A stretch of 64,000 nt of DNA, taken from positions 8,184,001-8,248,000 of the forward strand of contig OU015568.1 of the NCBI GenBank assembly GCA_907165135.1, given 5' to 3'. The DNA comes from Oikopleura dioica. Lineage: Eukaryota > Animalia > Chordata. The position numbers and the translations under genes were made by a program. This document shows positions 46,978 to 58,845 of this stretch, piece after piece (position 1 is the stretch's first letter; each line of letters opens with the position of its first letter). Under the pieces are notes generated by a model that had not been told where the DNA came from, searched no databases, and worked only from the letters and a program-made list of their open reading frames with translations.

Positions 46978-49900
46978 CAGGGTGGCTATTTTGGACTTGG
47001 GGGTTAGTTGGAATTGGATTGGATCCAATCCAATAAGGTTTGGATGGAATTTGGATGGCCAGGGTATCGGATTTTATTGGGTAAAATTGGGTAATTGGGG
47101 GAAATTGGGGATTGGCGACATTGGAAAATTGGATCTTCTTGGGGAATTGGCAGTTGTTGGCAAGATTGGATCCGAGAAAAATTGCGAAAAATGCTCGACC
47201 AATCAGGTTTGTTCTCAACCTACACTCATCACGCGCAGTCTACCTTTCTCAGACGGATAAATACTGATCATTAGAGAGTTTTACTGCGATTTAAATGGCA
47301 TTTTCTTTTCTTTTACTAGTCAACCTTTTTCAGAAGGGATGAGTCCACCTGCCAAGCGTTCCAAGAGATGCATTTATGTGGCGAGTGACGAAAAAGACAA
47401 GGATAAACGAAAAGAAGAGGTTGATAGAAAGAAAGCGGAAATTACTGCTGATGAAAAAAGTGAGCAACCGACTGGTGAATGGAAGAAATGGACCCCTACA
47501 AAACTACAAGACAAGATTCGAGAGCTCAACCTTGAATTTGAAGAGTACTATTTCGAGGGATTTCCGACTTGCTACTTGCGCTGCGCAAGAATAGATGGAG
47601 CTAAGTGCAAAAAATGCAGAGGAGAGGTAAAATTTGCATTTTGTAAAAATTCTTAAAAAACCTTAAGCCATTCCATACATACGATCAAAATACAGATGTC
47701 TATAAAAAGACTCTCGAACCGATTGTGGATCGCCACGCGCAAGCACCAGATGAGCAGAGAGTACTCGCGCTTCTGAATAACACCAAGGACCACAGAGTTG
47801 ATGTCCAGAAGAAAGTTCTGCAAGTCATGCGCGATACCGGAACAAGCTTCCGGTTTTGGTCACATGACTCTGTCAAGGCCCTGATGCGCTGCCTTCTCAA
47901 AAATGTATCCTTTAGCCAGATGCTCATCAATCAACTTTGCCTTTCGAAGGATGCCATCAAAATATACATGAAAGAAGAGGCAAAGAAAATTCGGGAGCGC
48001 CTTCAACAGATTCTTCCGGAAATGGCAAAAAAGGGCCGCCTGTCAATTTCTCTAGGATAAGGATTTCAAAGTTTCTTTAAAAATTTTTGAATAATTTGTC
48101 TTATTAACAATTTAATATCCTTTAAAGACCACAAATACGTGAAAACTAAAGAAAATACGCTCTGGAAGATACTCGGGGTTGAGGTCAATATTCGCTGCAA
48201 AAACGGATTTTGGAACTGTTTGATCGGTTATGTTCCGATGCCGGACTCAACTGCGGATCACACCATAGAAAAACTGAAGCAGATATTTGAAGAATACAAC
48301 CTTACCGATGCGATAGAGAAAAACTTGGTCTGCATTGTGAGCGATCAGGCAGCAGAGTCCGTGCCCGAGCATTTTACGATCAACCGTAGCATTTGCGGAA
48401 GTCATTCAATGTGTTGCAACCTTAAGAGAGCGTGCGAACAAAATCTCAGACCAGGTGGACCGAAGGATAAGAAGTACGAATCACTTGAAAAATTCATCGA
48501 CAAGTGTGAAGCTACAGTATCGGCGAGTGATCTTCCGGCTGGTGTCGGATACAAGTCAATCAATGCGTTTTTGATTTCTCAAGAAGTGACTAATCGCTTG
48601 CTTATAAAAGAGTTTTATAATGCAAAAATAAAAGCGAGTACTGAAATTCTTGAAGACGATCAAGTCAAACGACTTGTTGAAGAAAAGACGGATGCATTCC
48701 TCAACAGAAAGGAGAAAGGGAAGGCCATCGATCGAATTTCCGGCTCCACGCGCTTCCGGAAATTAATCTATGGAGTTCAGCGTCTCCTTTTGAGCGAAGA
48801 TAGCCTAAACAACCTCTTTTCTATCAACCACCCTCAACGCCATCTTCTCGCTGAGTGTCCAGTCCCAGATCTGCAGTTTGCGCGATCGATCAACCCTCTT
48901 CTTATCGAAATTCATCGCAGTATCAATATTCTCGAGTCTGACTCGCTTGCCTGCGGATCAGCGTACTACAAGCAAATCGAACGAATAATGATTGAGTGCG
49001 TCAATCGAATCACAATCAGTCGGACCGAGGAATCCAGATTTGCGAAGGCTGTGCTCATCAGTGTAGTGGAACAGGTTACAAAAAGCGGATTGATATGAAT
49101 GGAAACGATGTCCCATGTCAAGTACCCCTTCGTTTTACCAACAAAGACTTGGCAAGCATTTACCTGGCACCCGACTCTACATCGATAGCGATGAATTTTC
49201 ATCCAGTCGTCGCCAAAATGAAAGATTCCCGAGTCCCCTTCATCTCCAAAATAATGGTATGTATTTATCTTCATGCCAAAAAATTAAATAATTCAGAAAG
49301 TACTCGTCGACGGAACCAAGGATTGGCTCGAAAAAGCGAAGAACTGGATCACAGAGGTTGATCGAACAATGGAAGACGACGAGCTGACAGATGAACAGTT
49401 GTTACAGCTCCTTGAAGCTGGCGTTAATAATGTTCAATGTGACAGCCAAAATAACGCTGTTGGCCCACTTAGTCACCGCCGCGGACTAGGAAAGCCAAAA
49501 GAAATCCGTTCCAAGATCGAAGAAGAGATTGCTCAGTACGACGAAGTAAATGATACTGATATAGAAGCGCGTAAGTAATTTTCATCATTAATCTACTTAA
49601 TTTGAAATTAGACAAGAAGTATTGCGCAATGAAGAAGGTTGTGGAAGATGATATTGTTGGAGAGTTCTGGCGGCGATACGCTGAAACCTTGCCAAGATTG
49701 AGCAGAATCGGATTAATGGTTCGGTTTTTTTGAGTTTAAAAATAAAGCATTTCTTAGCTTCATCACTCTTCCGTCTCAAGTTCAAGCCTGGAGCGAGCCT
49801 TCAGTTTCACGACATTGATGCGATCTATTCGACGCCATAAACTTGCTGCCAGCACAATCCTAGACATTGCCCTTGGATCTACAGAAATAAACTTTGAAGA

Positions 49901-50145
49901 ATAAGTATTAATTGTTTGTTTTTTTTGAATTTGCTAGCTGGAAAATATTGGAAATCCAATGGAATCGGGGCATATTGGGAATTGGGAAAAGTTGGAATTT
50001 TGGAAGAACTTGGAATTCGATTTTAGTTGGGAATTGGGCGAAAATTGGATTGGATTGGATTTTGGATGGATAGACCCGGTTAGAAATTTTTTGGATGGAA
50101 TTTGGATGGATAGACCCCTATTTTTTGTCCAAAATAGCCACTCTG
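46978..50145 (+). mobile_element. Near-autonomous hAT DNA transposon (3168 bp)
   Basis: 19-bp TIR CAG(G/A)GTGGCTATTTTGGAC; 8-bp TSD ATTGAATA (46970-46977, 50146-50153); TTGGA/ATTGG subterminal arrays; transposase inside. Confidence 0.96.
47339..49904 (+). CDS. hAT transposase, 6 exons, one frameshift at A5 49080-49084
   Basis: BED-like CKKC; SISL-D-HK (first catalytic D, split by a GA-AG intron); IVSDQA; CGSH (CxxH); FWRRYAETLPRLSR...SSSSLERAFS dimerisation region with catalytic E. Confidence 0.9.
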
Positions 50146-50495
50146 ATTGAATATTTACTGTTTCATCAAAAAGCACGAAATAAAGACTAAAAATTGAGAA
50201 AAAGGCACAGGCAAAGTAGACGGAAAACGAGGCGGCAGAATTTTCGATTGGATAAATATTCTAGAGCGGTTTTTCGGTTTCATTCATCCCGGGATGAATT
50301 CATGACTTCACGAAAAGCGAAATTATTTTTTAACGGAAGCGAAATTTTTTGTTTGAACAGGTTTTGAATAGAATCTATGGGCGTTTACATGTTTCTACGA
50401 GCGAAGAATTTATGGGGATGTCGCTGCTACTAAATCGGGAGAATTGCTTCGTCGTGTGCTGAGATTTGAGATCTTAGTAGGGTTTTCATTCTTTT

Positions 50496-51338
50496 CTACA
50501 CAGGGTTCTGTTGATAACGAAAATGTCCATCAAGCGATCTGATTTTCGCGAAGAAAACATCAAAGTCTTTGCTATTGAATCTCAAAGAAAACCGGTTTCC
50601 TATCATCTTCTGGGAATCCATGACATCTACAGAATTTATTCGCAGCGTTAGCGAAACCATCTCCAATCCAAACCCAAAACGCCAGATGCGGAATTTGATT
50701 TCTTCCTTGCGCTCCTTTTAGGCGATTTATCAGGCACCCGCCAAAGAAATAAAGCGCAAAAGTACAGATGAAGATCAAAATGAAGATCCAGAATTGAGAC
50801 CACCCACTTCGCGGACACAACGAGTTGTCGCCGATTTCAAATGGACTTAAAAGACATTTCCTCAATGAAAAAGGGTCGAAGACGATTTTACCTGCATTCT
50901 TCGTCGCCACGATAAAGTTGTCCATTTTTGACATTTCCCGTTGGGCAGCGAATCATTACGCTAATGATTTCGTCGCAAGTGTCTCTTTCGGAAGGATAAG
51001 TCAGCATTGCCCAACTATCACCATTTGAGGATGTCATTTGAGCATTGAAAGCGAGCGTTTCTTCGAAATGAGAATTGGTCGAAAGCCGAGAAATGGCGAT
51101 TTTCTCGGAGCATAAATTCACGGTGTAGCTGTATTCGGAGTCGAAAATTGAGAAGTTTTTACCAGAAAACTGAACGAAAAAATCAGTTTCGAAGAGAAAA
51201 ATCATGAGAAGAGTTTACCTTTTGAAGGATATTTTGAACATAAGAATTGGCGCTGGACTTGAAATTACAGACATGTTCTTTTGATTCAACAGCAAAAATA
51301 AACGCGATTAGGAATATCGAGAAGTATCGTATCAACAT
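50496..51338 (-). CDS. M6PR: Cation-dependent mannose-6-phosphate receptor (CD-MPR)/ATG27-like type I membrane protein
   Basis: Signal peptide MLIRYFSIFLIAFIFAVES, Cys-containing luminal domain, TM segment, then YFFGGCLINRLKGAQGRNQIPHLAFW, the CD-MPR juxtamembrane signature. Confidence 0.8.
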
Positions 51339-51524
51339 ATTTACACATAAATTTCTGAAGAAAAACTTTCAAAGAGAGGTTTTCAAAGTCGTTTTTTATT
51401 ACAAAAAGCTCTTGTCAAAAACTAAAGGTCGAAATGAAAATGAATCTGCGTCCCCAAGCAACAAATCATTCACAATTTCTAACAGTAGATTCATCGAGAA
51501 CAGTAAAATTGCAGCATCGGTTAA

Positions 51525-52270
51525 GGGAAATGGTATACATCGGCGCGGCGCCGCTCGCTCGATCCGCGCTCTGCAAGAACCTATTTCTCACGAGGCCGTA
51601 AAATCTGAACGGATCGAGATTTTTTCGAGATTTAAACAGATTCGGAATCCTCAAAGTCTCTTCTATAAACTGATCGAAAATTAAAACAATTTTCAAAGAG
51701 GAACAATGTGAAAAGTGCCAGTTCCCTTCAAATGACATTTTCTCCATAATTTCTCATCCAAATTTTTTGAAAATTAGACTGTCTTGTAGAGAAACGTCAG
51801 CTCTACAATTCCCGTGTTTCAGATTTTTGTTTTAAGCTTTCATTAATTTTACATCGCAATTTGTAAAGAGCGCAGCGGGAGCGCGCCGCGAGAAATAGGG
51901 AGCGGAGAGGCGCGGGCGAGAATAACTCTCTTTTCAAAAGAGCGCACATAATTTTTGAAAGCCCAAATGAAAATCTGAAACACAGGAATTGTAGAGCTGA
52001 CGATTCTCTACAAGACAGTCTAATTTTCAAAAAATTTGGATGACAAATTATGGAGAAAATGTCATTTGAAGGAAACTGGCACTTTTCACATTGTTCCTCT
52101 TTGAAAATTGTTTTAATTTTCGATCAGTTTATAGAAGAGACTTTGAGGATTCCGAATCTGTTTAAATCTCGAAAATCTCGATCCGTTCAGATTTTACGGC
52201 CTCGTGAGAAATAGGTTCTTGCAGAGCGCGGATCGAGCGAGCGGCGCCGCGCCGATGTATACCATTACCC
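51525..52270. mobile_element. Foldback MITE A (746 bp, about 300-bp TIRs, GGG...CCC ends, TTAA flanks; Kolobok-like)
   Basis: TTAA 51521-51524 and 52271-52274; arms GGGAAATGGTATACATCGGCGCGGCGCC... / ...GGCGCCGCGCCGATGTATACCATTACCC are near-perfect inverted copies. Confidence 0.9.
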
Positions 52271-52274
52271 TTAA

Positions 52275-53008
52275 GGGACCTTGGCGAGCTGGCTGAAGCG
52301 CGACTTCACGAGCGCTTCAATGATTTTTGACATAAGCTATTTTCAAAATTCTTTTGCAAACATAATCTACAGAGACTCTTCTTTCTATTCCAGTTTTTAG
52401 ATTTTCTCTACCATTTGTAATTCAGTCGCTATTGTCGAAAAGAGAAGTTAAACTTCAAAAGATTCAGCACTTTCAATTTTTAAGATATGAAATTATAATT
52501 ACTTTCATCGGAAAGCCCAGTAAATTCTGCACAAAAGTTACCTAATGGGGTTATGATAACAATAGCCTGCCAAGTGCAAGGTGAGCTATTCCGGAGTGTA
52601 TCGGTTCCACAGCGGGCGTTCTCGCTGCGCGAAGCATTATTTTGGCTTGTTTGCGCTCGATTCCCGCAAAGCGCGCGCTAATAACTATTGATTACAGACT
52701 CTTACCACTACATCAATGATTTTCATAAAACCCCATTAGGTAACTTTTGTGCAGAATTTTCTGGGCTTTCCGATGAAAGTAATTATAATTTCATATCTTC
52801 AAAATTGAAAGTGCTGAATCTTTTTGAAGTTTAACTTCTCTTTTCGACAATAGCGACTGAATTACAAATGGTAGAGAAAATCTAAAAACTGGAATAGAAA
52901 GAAGAGTCTCTGTAGATTATGTTTGCAAAAAGAATTTTGAAAATAGCTTATGTCAAAAATCAATGAAGCGCTCGTGAAGTCGCGCTTCAGCCAGCTCGCC
53001 AAGGTCCC
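52275..53008. mobile_element. Foldback MITE B (734 bp, about 280-bp TIRs, GGG...CCC ends, TTAA flanks; Kolobok-like)
   Basis: GGGACCTTGGCGAGCTGGCTGAAG... / ...CTTCAGCCAGCTCGCCAAGGTCCC; TTAA 52271-52274 (shared with A) and 53009-53012. Confidence 0.9.
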
Positions 53009-55261
53009 TTAAAAGGATTTTTAGGAGTAGTCTTTATATTTCTTCATATCAGGTCTCGCCAAAATTGCTTCTGAAAACAAGATGATTAAACTAAAAAATC
53101 ATATAGAAGAGGCTTTCATTCAAAAAAAGACTTTGAATAGAACTCCTTATTCACAAAGGCCTCTGTAGAATTGTAAACTTACCGAGTCGTCTGGTGCATT
53201 CTCTGGCTCTTGAGTTCATCTCGTACAGTTCTTCGGAGAAGAATCGAAAGTCCTTGGTAGAAAATGAAAATCGGAAACGCTAGAAATTTCAGTGTACCTT
53301 GTTGAGTGGTCCAAGTCTTCTAGTGATGTTCAGCGCAGAACCATGCGTCACCTGAATTTGTTTTCGTCGCTGGAGAGAATCCTTTACTGAGTTTTTCACT
53401 TATAAAAAAGGGGGTAAGCGAATCGAAGACGAACTACCCCCCTTGGCGTCCCCAAGTTGGGGGTACCCTGGGGGATGGTGTTGCGCGTCTGTGATTGGCC
53501 TTAGACGCGAAATAACCCTTTGAAAAATCGTGAAAACTCTTCCTTGAACTGATCATCCATGATTCTCCGGATGTAGGTAACTCTGTCTGACATATTGTAT
53601 GGCATCTTCGTCTTATCTGATTTTTGCAAGATAATTTCTGCAGAAAAAATCTCTTTCTGAAGGAAACGGTCGAGAAGAGCGACTTTTATTCGACGAAGAT
53701 TTCCGGTGTCGACAAATGACTATGGATTGTGTCAACTGAAGGTTTCGTCGAGCCATCATTTGCGATTGAGTAGCAGCTGCAGTAATGCCACACACGAATT
53801 ACAGTCTGTTTCCTGTTGAAATTCGTCGAAGAGCTTTTCGAATTTCAGCACCATTTCCAAGGACTCTCTTCAAAAGTCTTCTTTGGTTAATTTTCATCGG
53901 AATCTCTCTCTTGCTGTTCATTCTCGTTTTCTTCGAAATTCTCTGAAGCAGCAATTAGCGAAAGTAGTGGAAGCGTTTCTAATTCTGGAAATTCTCCGCC
54001 TCCGCCAATCAGCGCCGCGCTTTTCTGGCGTTCTTTTCAGTTTGTATTGAAAGACCTTAACTCTTGGCTATATAAAAACCTACAAATATAATAAGGTACA
54101 GGATTTGATTGTAAATCTAATAATATGTACGTCAAGCGTTTTTAGAGCGCAATTCGGATAACTTCAGATTCAATCCGGAATTCCCAGTAACAAAAATTTG
54201 CGACATTTTCTATCAGAAGACAAACAGATCGGAGTCCATTGGAACGACCATTCGGTTCAGCTACGTATTTGTAGCCACGTTCCCGAACAATAAGAAAGGT
54301 TCAAAGATGGAGAACTTTCCGAAAATCTCACTAATGTTCCGAATTCGGACTGTTACATTCCCCTAAGTCTACAACTGTACACTTGTAGATTCATAAATCT
54401 TGATGGTTGAGAAAATCGAGAATCGCTCATCCGCGTGGCCTAATTGCCTTACCGAGTGGTCTGTTGGCGGTGCCATTAGATCGATTTATTCTCGATGGTG
54501 CGCGCCCCGTTTCTGGCGTTTTTCGCCAGTACTGTTAGTGCACAGGCCCAGGTCTTCCAGAACATTTATTCCAAGAGATAAATAAAAGCAGAGAATTGTA
54601 ACTAGGAAGAAATCTTTCTTGTCGAAAAATACTGAATTATCTGAAGACCTCAAAGACTCAGGCCTCAAATCTCATATCATGTGGATACAGCGAAATAACT
54701 CTGGAAATCAACGAGATACCAGGATTCGGTCAGAACCAAGCAGATTTTTAGAGAGTAAAATTCATAGAAAGGCTTATTCTTCACATGAAAATTGGTCAAT
54801 TTTCAGCCAATTTTAAGACCAGTAGCCTGAATCGCTCAAGTTTAATGTCCTCGGCGACCTGAAAAAAAGATGTCTTGAAAGACTATTCTGTGGACGCAAT
54901 TGGAAACTGTCAAGTAGGAGATGGGAACATCTTCAAATTCATGAATCAAGACAACATGGCAACTTGGAGTTATGACTGTAACTTCTGGAAAGGGCCCTGA
55001 ATCATAATTTGACCCTGATCCTTCTGAACGCCTTTTTCTAGCGCCCTCTTTAGGCAATATGAGACTGAAACTCATGTTATCTTTGAGAACACAATCCAGT
55101 GGAAGAAGTCAAACTCGACAGTTCCTGAAATCATTTTCGGAAATCAGGATTGTGTTCTTATTCGAACGATTTTAAAATTCGGCCATCAAATAAAGAGCAC
55201 ATAAAAAAAGTTCGATACGTGGTATAAAACATCAAACTTCTCGTGCAAATTCGAGAAGACA

Positions 55262-56494
55262 ATGTCCACAAGCCTCTGTGTCACCACAAAATGCGATGAA
55301 TGTCAGGACTGTTTCTGGGACCCGGAGAACAACTGCACCTACACTTGCGATATTACCAAGCCTTGTATTTGCGGGCGACCAAAGGCTGTCATTCTAGAGC
55401 CGATTCAAGGCGACGGCAGTTTTGATGTCAGAAGTGGGCTGTATTTCGATGAGCATTTGGAGCGGCCGATTACGGCTGATGACACGATTGAAGAGACGGA
55501 CAGGACTTTTATTGGCATCGAACTGGTTGATATCCAGAAACCAACGATGGTCGTTGTCGTCGAAAAACTCTGGGTAACGGCGACAAAGGACCCAGATGAC
55601 CCGGACGCAACGGTTCTCATCAGAAAACTTCAAAGTGGTTGTGCGATTGTTCATCCTCTGATGGAGGGCGGCAAGTATCCACAGCCAAATGCTTACGATG
55701 CAGCGAACCCGGAAGAGCATCCGCACACGGCTTTTGAAATTGACTTTATGGGGATTTCGGAAGGCTTTGTTGATGTGCCCAACTTTTCGGGATTCTTTAT
55801 CCATGTTGTAACGAAGGTTTTTATTCAAAAAAAATCATGGTTTATAAGAGATGATTGTAGGTCTGTGTCACCAATGGAGAGAACTGTTATGGGACTTGTA
55901 CTGACGGGACGAGTTTTTAGATGATAACAGGTTTTATTTGAAACTAAACAGGTTATCTTGAAACTTGAAAAGACGAACTAAAGGCGGAGTTCGATAGAAT
56001 GAATCCAATGCAAATGGATTCTTCGCGAGGTACCTCTATGTGCCTCGACGAACCAGAAGAGGAAGAAGAGCCGGAAGAACAAGAAGAAGGAATGCCAACA
56101 CCAAAGCCAAAAGTCAAACTATCATTGTGCTTAGATTTGGCGAAAAATGATTTGAGCAATTATAAACCGAATAATATTGGAAAAGTGGCGATAACTCCAG
56201 ACATTCCACCACGAAATGAAACGCTGGAAGCAAAGATTGCGTAATAAAAATTATATTTTCATTTGATTTTGACTTTCATTAAGGCTCTGGAATAAAGTGA
56301 TCGAAATGAACGAAGACAAGCACAAAAAATACAATAAAAAACAAGACTCGTCCTTTGAAAGCAAGAAAAACTCACTTCATAGAACTACGCCATGGGGAGG
56401 TTGGAATAAAAACGCAACGGCGATCCGAAATACAACTGGAATCACCGTTGAAAACAACAAGGAGTACTTCGAGGAATGGCTTTTTACTATCTAA
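55262..56494 (+). CDS. Zona pellucida (ZP-C)-like domain protein with an acidic/charged tail
   Basis: SGLYFD...FIGIEL...VVVEKLWVTATKDPDD...LI...GC fits the ZP-C pattern; further exons to 56494; no signal peptide seen. Confidence 0.55.
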
Positions 56495-56939
56495 GAATTC
56501 GATTTTTAAAAATATTCTGTAAGCCGAAAAAAGCTCGTTCAAAAACTGCAGCAAGCGCTTGAAAAAGAAAAAGCGGTAAAAGTATCAAAAAGATCGATTG
56601 AAGACAAACTGACTTACGAAAGTGCCCACCCAACATACTTCGAGCAGCGTGGTGGTAGAAAACAGCTCTTAGCAAAATCAGTAGGAATCGAAACTTTTGG
56701 TCCATGGCCGCTCTTTCTTCCGCCGAGAGATCTGAAAGCAGGACAACAAGCTCGAATCTTCTTTGCTCCTCAGAGCTCATCGAAATTCGCAGCTTGGTCC
56801 AACTCGAGTAAGAGTTAATCAATGCGAGGCAGTGAATGAAAAATATTTCATAGAGTCTGGTCACGCGGTACTGGTCATTACTCTTCTTCTCAACGCTGCT
56901 CTCGGATTCAATGCATTTAGACTCAGACGAAAACAACAT
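56487..56939 (-). CDS. Hypothetical small protein
   Basis: 150-codon frame with helical-looking SSEEQRRFELVVLLSDLSAEERAAMDQKFRFLL and a GTAAG donor; exon structure uncertain. Confidence 0.35.
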   Translation of the reverse strand: MLFSSESKCIESESSVEKKSNDQYRVTRLYEIFFIHCLALINSYSSWTKLRISMSSEEQRRFELVVLLSDLSAEERAAMDQKFRFLLILLRAVFYHHAARSMLGGHFRKSVCLQSIFLILLPLFLFQALAAVFERAFFGLQNIFKNRILR

Positions 56940-57190
56940 GCGAAATTACTTGCCTAAGTCGGATTGTCTGTAACGCACGAAGTTATTTTAATTAAATAAA
57001 AGAAAAGAAATGAAACTAAATTCTTTCTAGTCTAGTCTTCAAAATAAATCAAGCGATTAATGTAGGAAAAGCCTTATTGATACATAATTCGGCTACGTAA
57101 AGATGAACACTCACTAAATACACCCGGCAGAAAAATCCATTATTTGACTTCTTCTGCGCACAATAGAAATTTTAAATTTACGTTCCTGAG

Positions 57191-57852
57191 ATGAGTGATC
57201 CTGAGGAAGATGGAGGAGGAAAGACTTTGGCAATTGATAAGTTGCCGGAAGATTTGGGGGAAACAGAGAGTCTGTTTAGTACGAACACAATGATGGAACT
57301 GACACCAAATGAACGATATTTTGAGAGTTGCTCTACTTGTGAAGATATTGACAAGCCCTCGCCTAGTTTCCAGGAAATGATGAAAAACCTTCATCTCCAT
57401 GACAAGTAAGAACATCAGCGAGAATAATTCTCAGAATTATTCTTTAAATACTTTCTTTTAAGACGCACTCGAGTTGAAATTCACAAGCTAAAGAAGGAAA
57501 ACGAACGACTCAAAAATGAAATAAAAAATATGAAGGCGGCGAAATCTAAAGACGAGGGCTACGTTTCTCGTCAGGAAAGCTCTACTTCTTGGGAACAAAC
57601 GATCCAAAGAGGGAAAAATGGCCACGGAATAAAATTTGAAACCAGATTGTTTGTCAAAGATGTCGTTTTGGGTAAATTCTCATTGCAGCCAATTAAAAAT
57701 TATTCTCAGGAAGTGCTACTGGACTTGTGAATGAAGGGGATGAAATATTAGAAATCAACGAGGAAAGCGTTCAAAATCTCAGCGAAAATGAAGCATTCAA
57801 CTTTCTCAATATATCTCAGAATGCCGTTTTGAAGATTCGCCGAGGAAAATGA
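57191..57852 (+). CDS. Coiled-coil plus single C-terminal PDZ domain protein (ZO-PDZ2-like)
   Basis: TIQRGKNGHGIKFETRLFVKDVVL / GSATGLVNEGDEILEINEESVQNLSENEAF...LKIRRG*; 3 exons. Confidence 0.75.
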
Positions 57853-58035
57853 TTCGAATTCAGTCAATTTACAGAATATTTCAAATTTACAGAATATTTC
57901 AAATATTATATTTGGCTTCTTTAAATTCATTGATGCCAATTTTTTTGCTAATAATAGTAATTAAATAAACTCAATTTATTTAATGAATTAACGGCTCGAA
58001 ACCGTTAAATGGACATAATAAATGAAATTGAAAAG

Positions 58036-58845
58036 TCAGATCGGATTGCCAGAATCATCTGTTGGCAAAAGTTCTCTCTCGATTCGCTTGTCACCCTTTT
58101 TCTTGCTGAACCATTTTCGGCAAACAAAAATTGTCCTTTCCGCCTTGCCGTTTTTCTTTGAAATGATCGCCACGCGATCAAGATTCCATCCGGGGCCAAA
58201 TTTTGAATTGTCGTGTCTGATTCTGATCTTTTGGATCTTACCAACGTCCAATTCGGTTATTGTGAACCTGTCGACTCTCCTTCGCTCGAAATTATTTGAG
58301 CTGTTATCAAGCTTCCTCTCTTTTGTTTTGCCGTCTTGTCCGAAGATTTGAATGAACACATTGGCATCGGTGCCGGCAAATCGGACATTACCAGTTATGA
58401 CTTCAATGTCGTATGAAATCGATGTTTTTGTAGAATCTCGATGTTTTTCTGTTGATTGAAAATGATCGGTTTGATTTTCAAGCTTGGTTTTAGGTTGGTT
58501 ATCGTCGACATTTTCAAAAATCGGTTCAAAGATAATGTTCTCGGAAACTAAAAATGCGAGGAACAAAATTGCGACAATTCGAATCCAATCCAATGGAGCA
58601 TTATGTGTTGGTCTTCTTTGGGCCGCTCTATTCCAATAGTCATTCCTCGGTTGGCGATTGAGACGAGCATCGTTTATCTCTCCACGATGATTGTCGACTG
58701 TAGAATTGATCCGATACCGAGCACGTGACTCGTTTCCACCGTTGTTCGTAAAATATGCTCTGTTTGCATCGTCTGCCGTCTCAAGTAAAATAAGCATCTC
58801 AATATTTGAAGGATCACCTTCTACAACTTCATTCTCCATTTTCAA
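58036..58845 (-). CDS. Intronless TM plus single PLAT/LH2 domain protein (LOXHD1-type repeat)
   Basis: YDIEVITG...AGTDANVFIQIFG..G.T...L....NNFER..VDRF...DVGKIQKIRIRHDN...PGWNLDRV...CRKW; hydrophobic IRIVAILFLAFLV upstream. Confidence 0.9.
   Translation of the reverse strand: MKMENEVVEGDPSNIEMLILLETADDANRAYFTNNGGNESRARYRINSTVDNHRGEINDARLNRQPRNDYWNRAAQRRPTHNAPLDWIRIVAILFLAFLVSENIIFEPIFENVDDNQPKTKLENQTDHFQSTEKHRDSTKTSISYDIEVITGNVRFAGTDANVFIQIFGQDGKTKERKLDNSSNNFERRRVDRFTITELDVGKIQKIRIRHDNSKFGPGWNLDRVAIISKKNGKAERTIFVCRKWFSKKKGDKRIERELLPTDDSGNPI

Noticed and set aside
53100-55140. Possible minus-strand multi-exon gene
   Set aside because: Splice-like signals are present, but I could not assemble a coherent reading frame or recognisable domain by eye.
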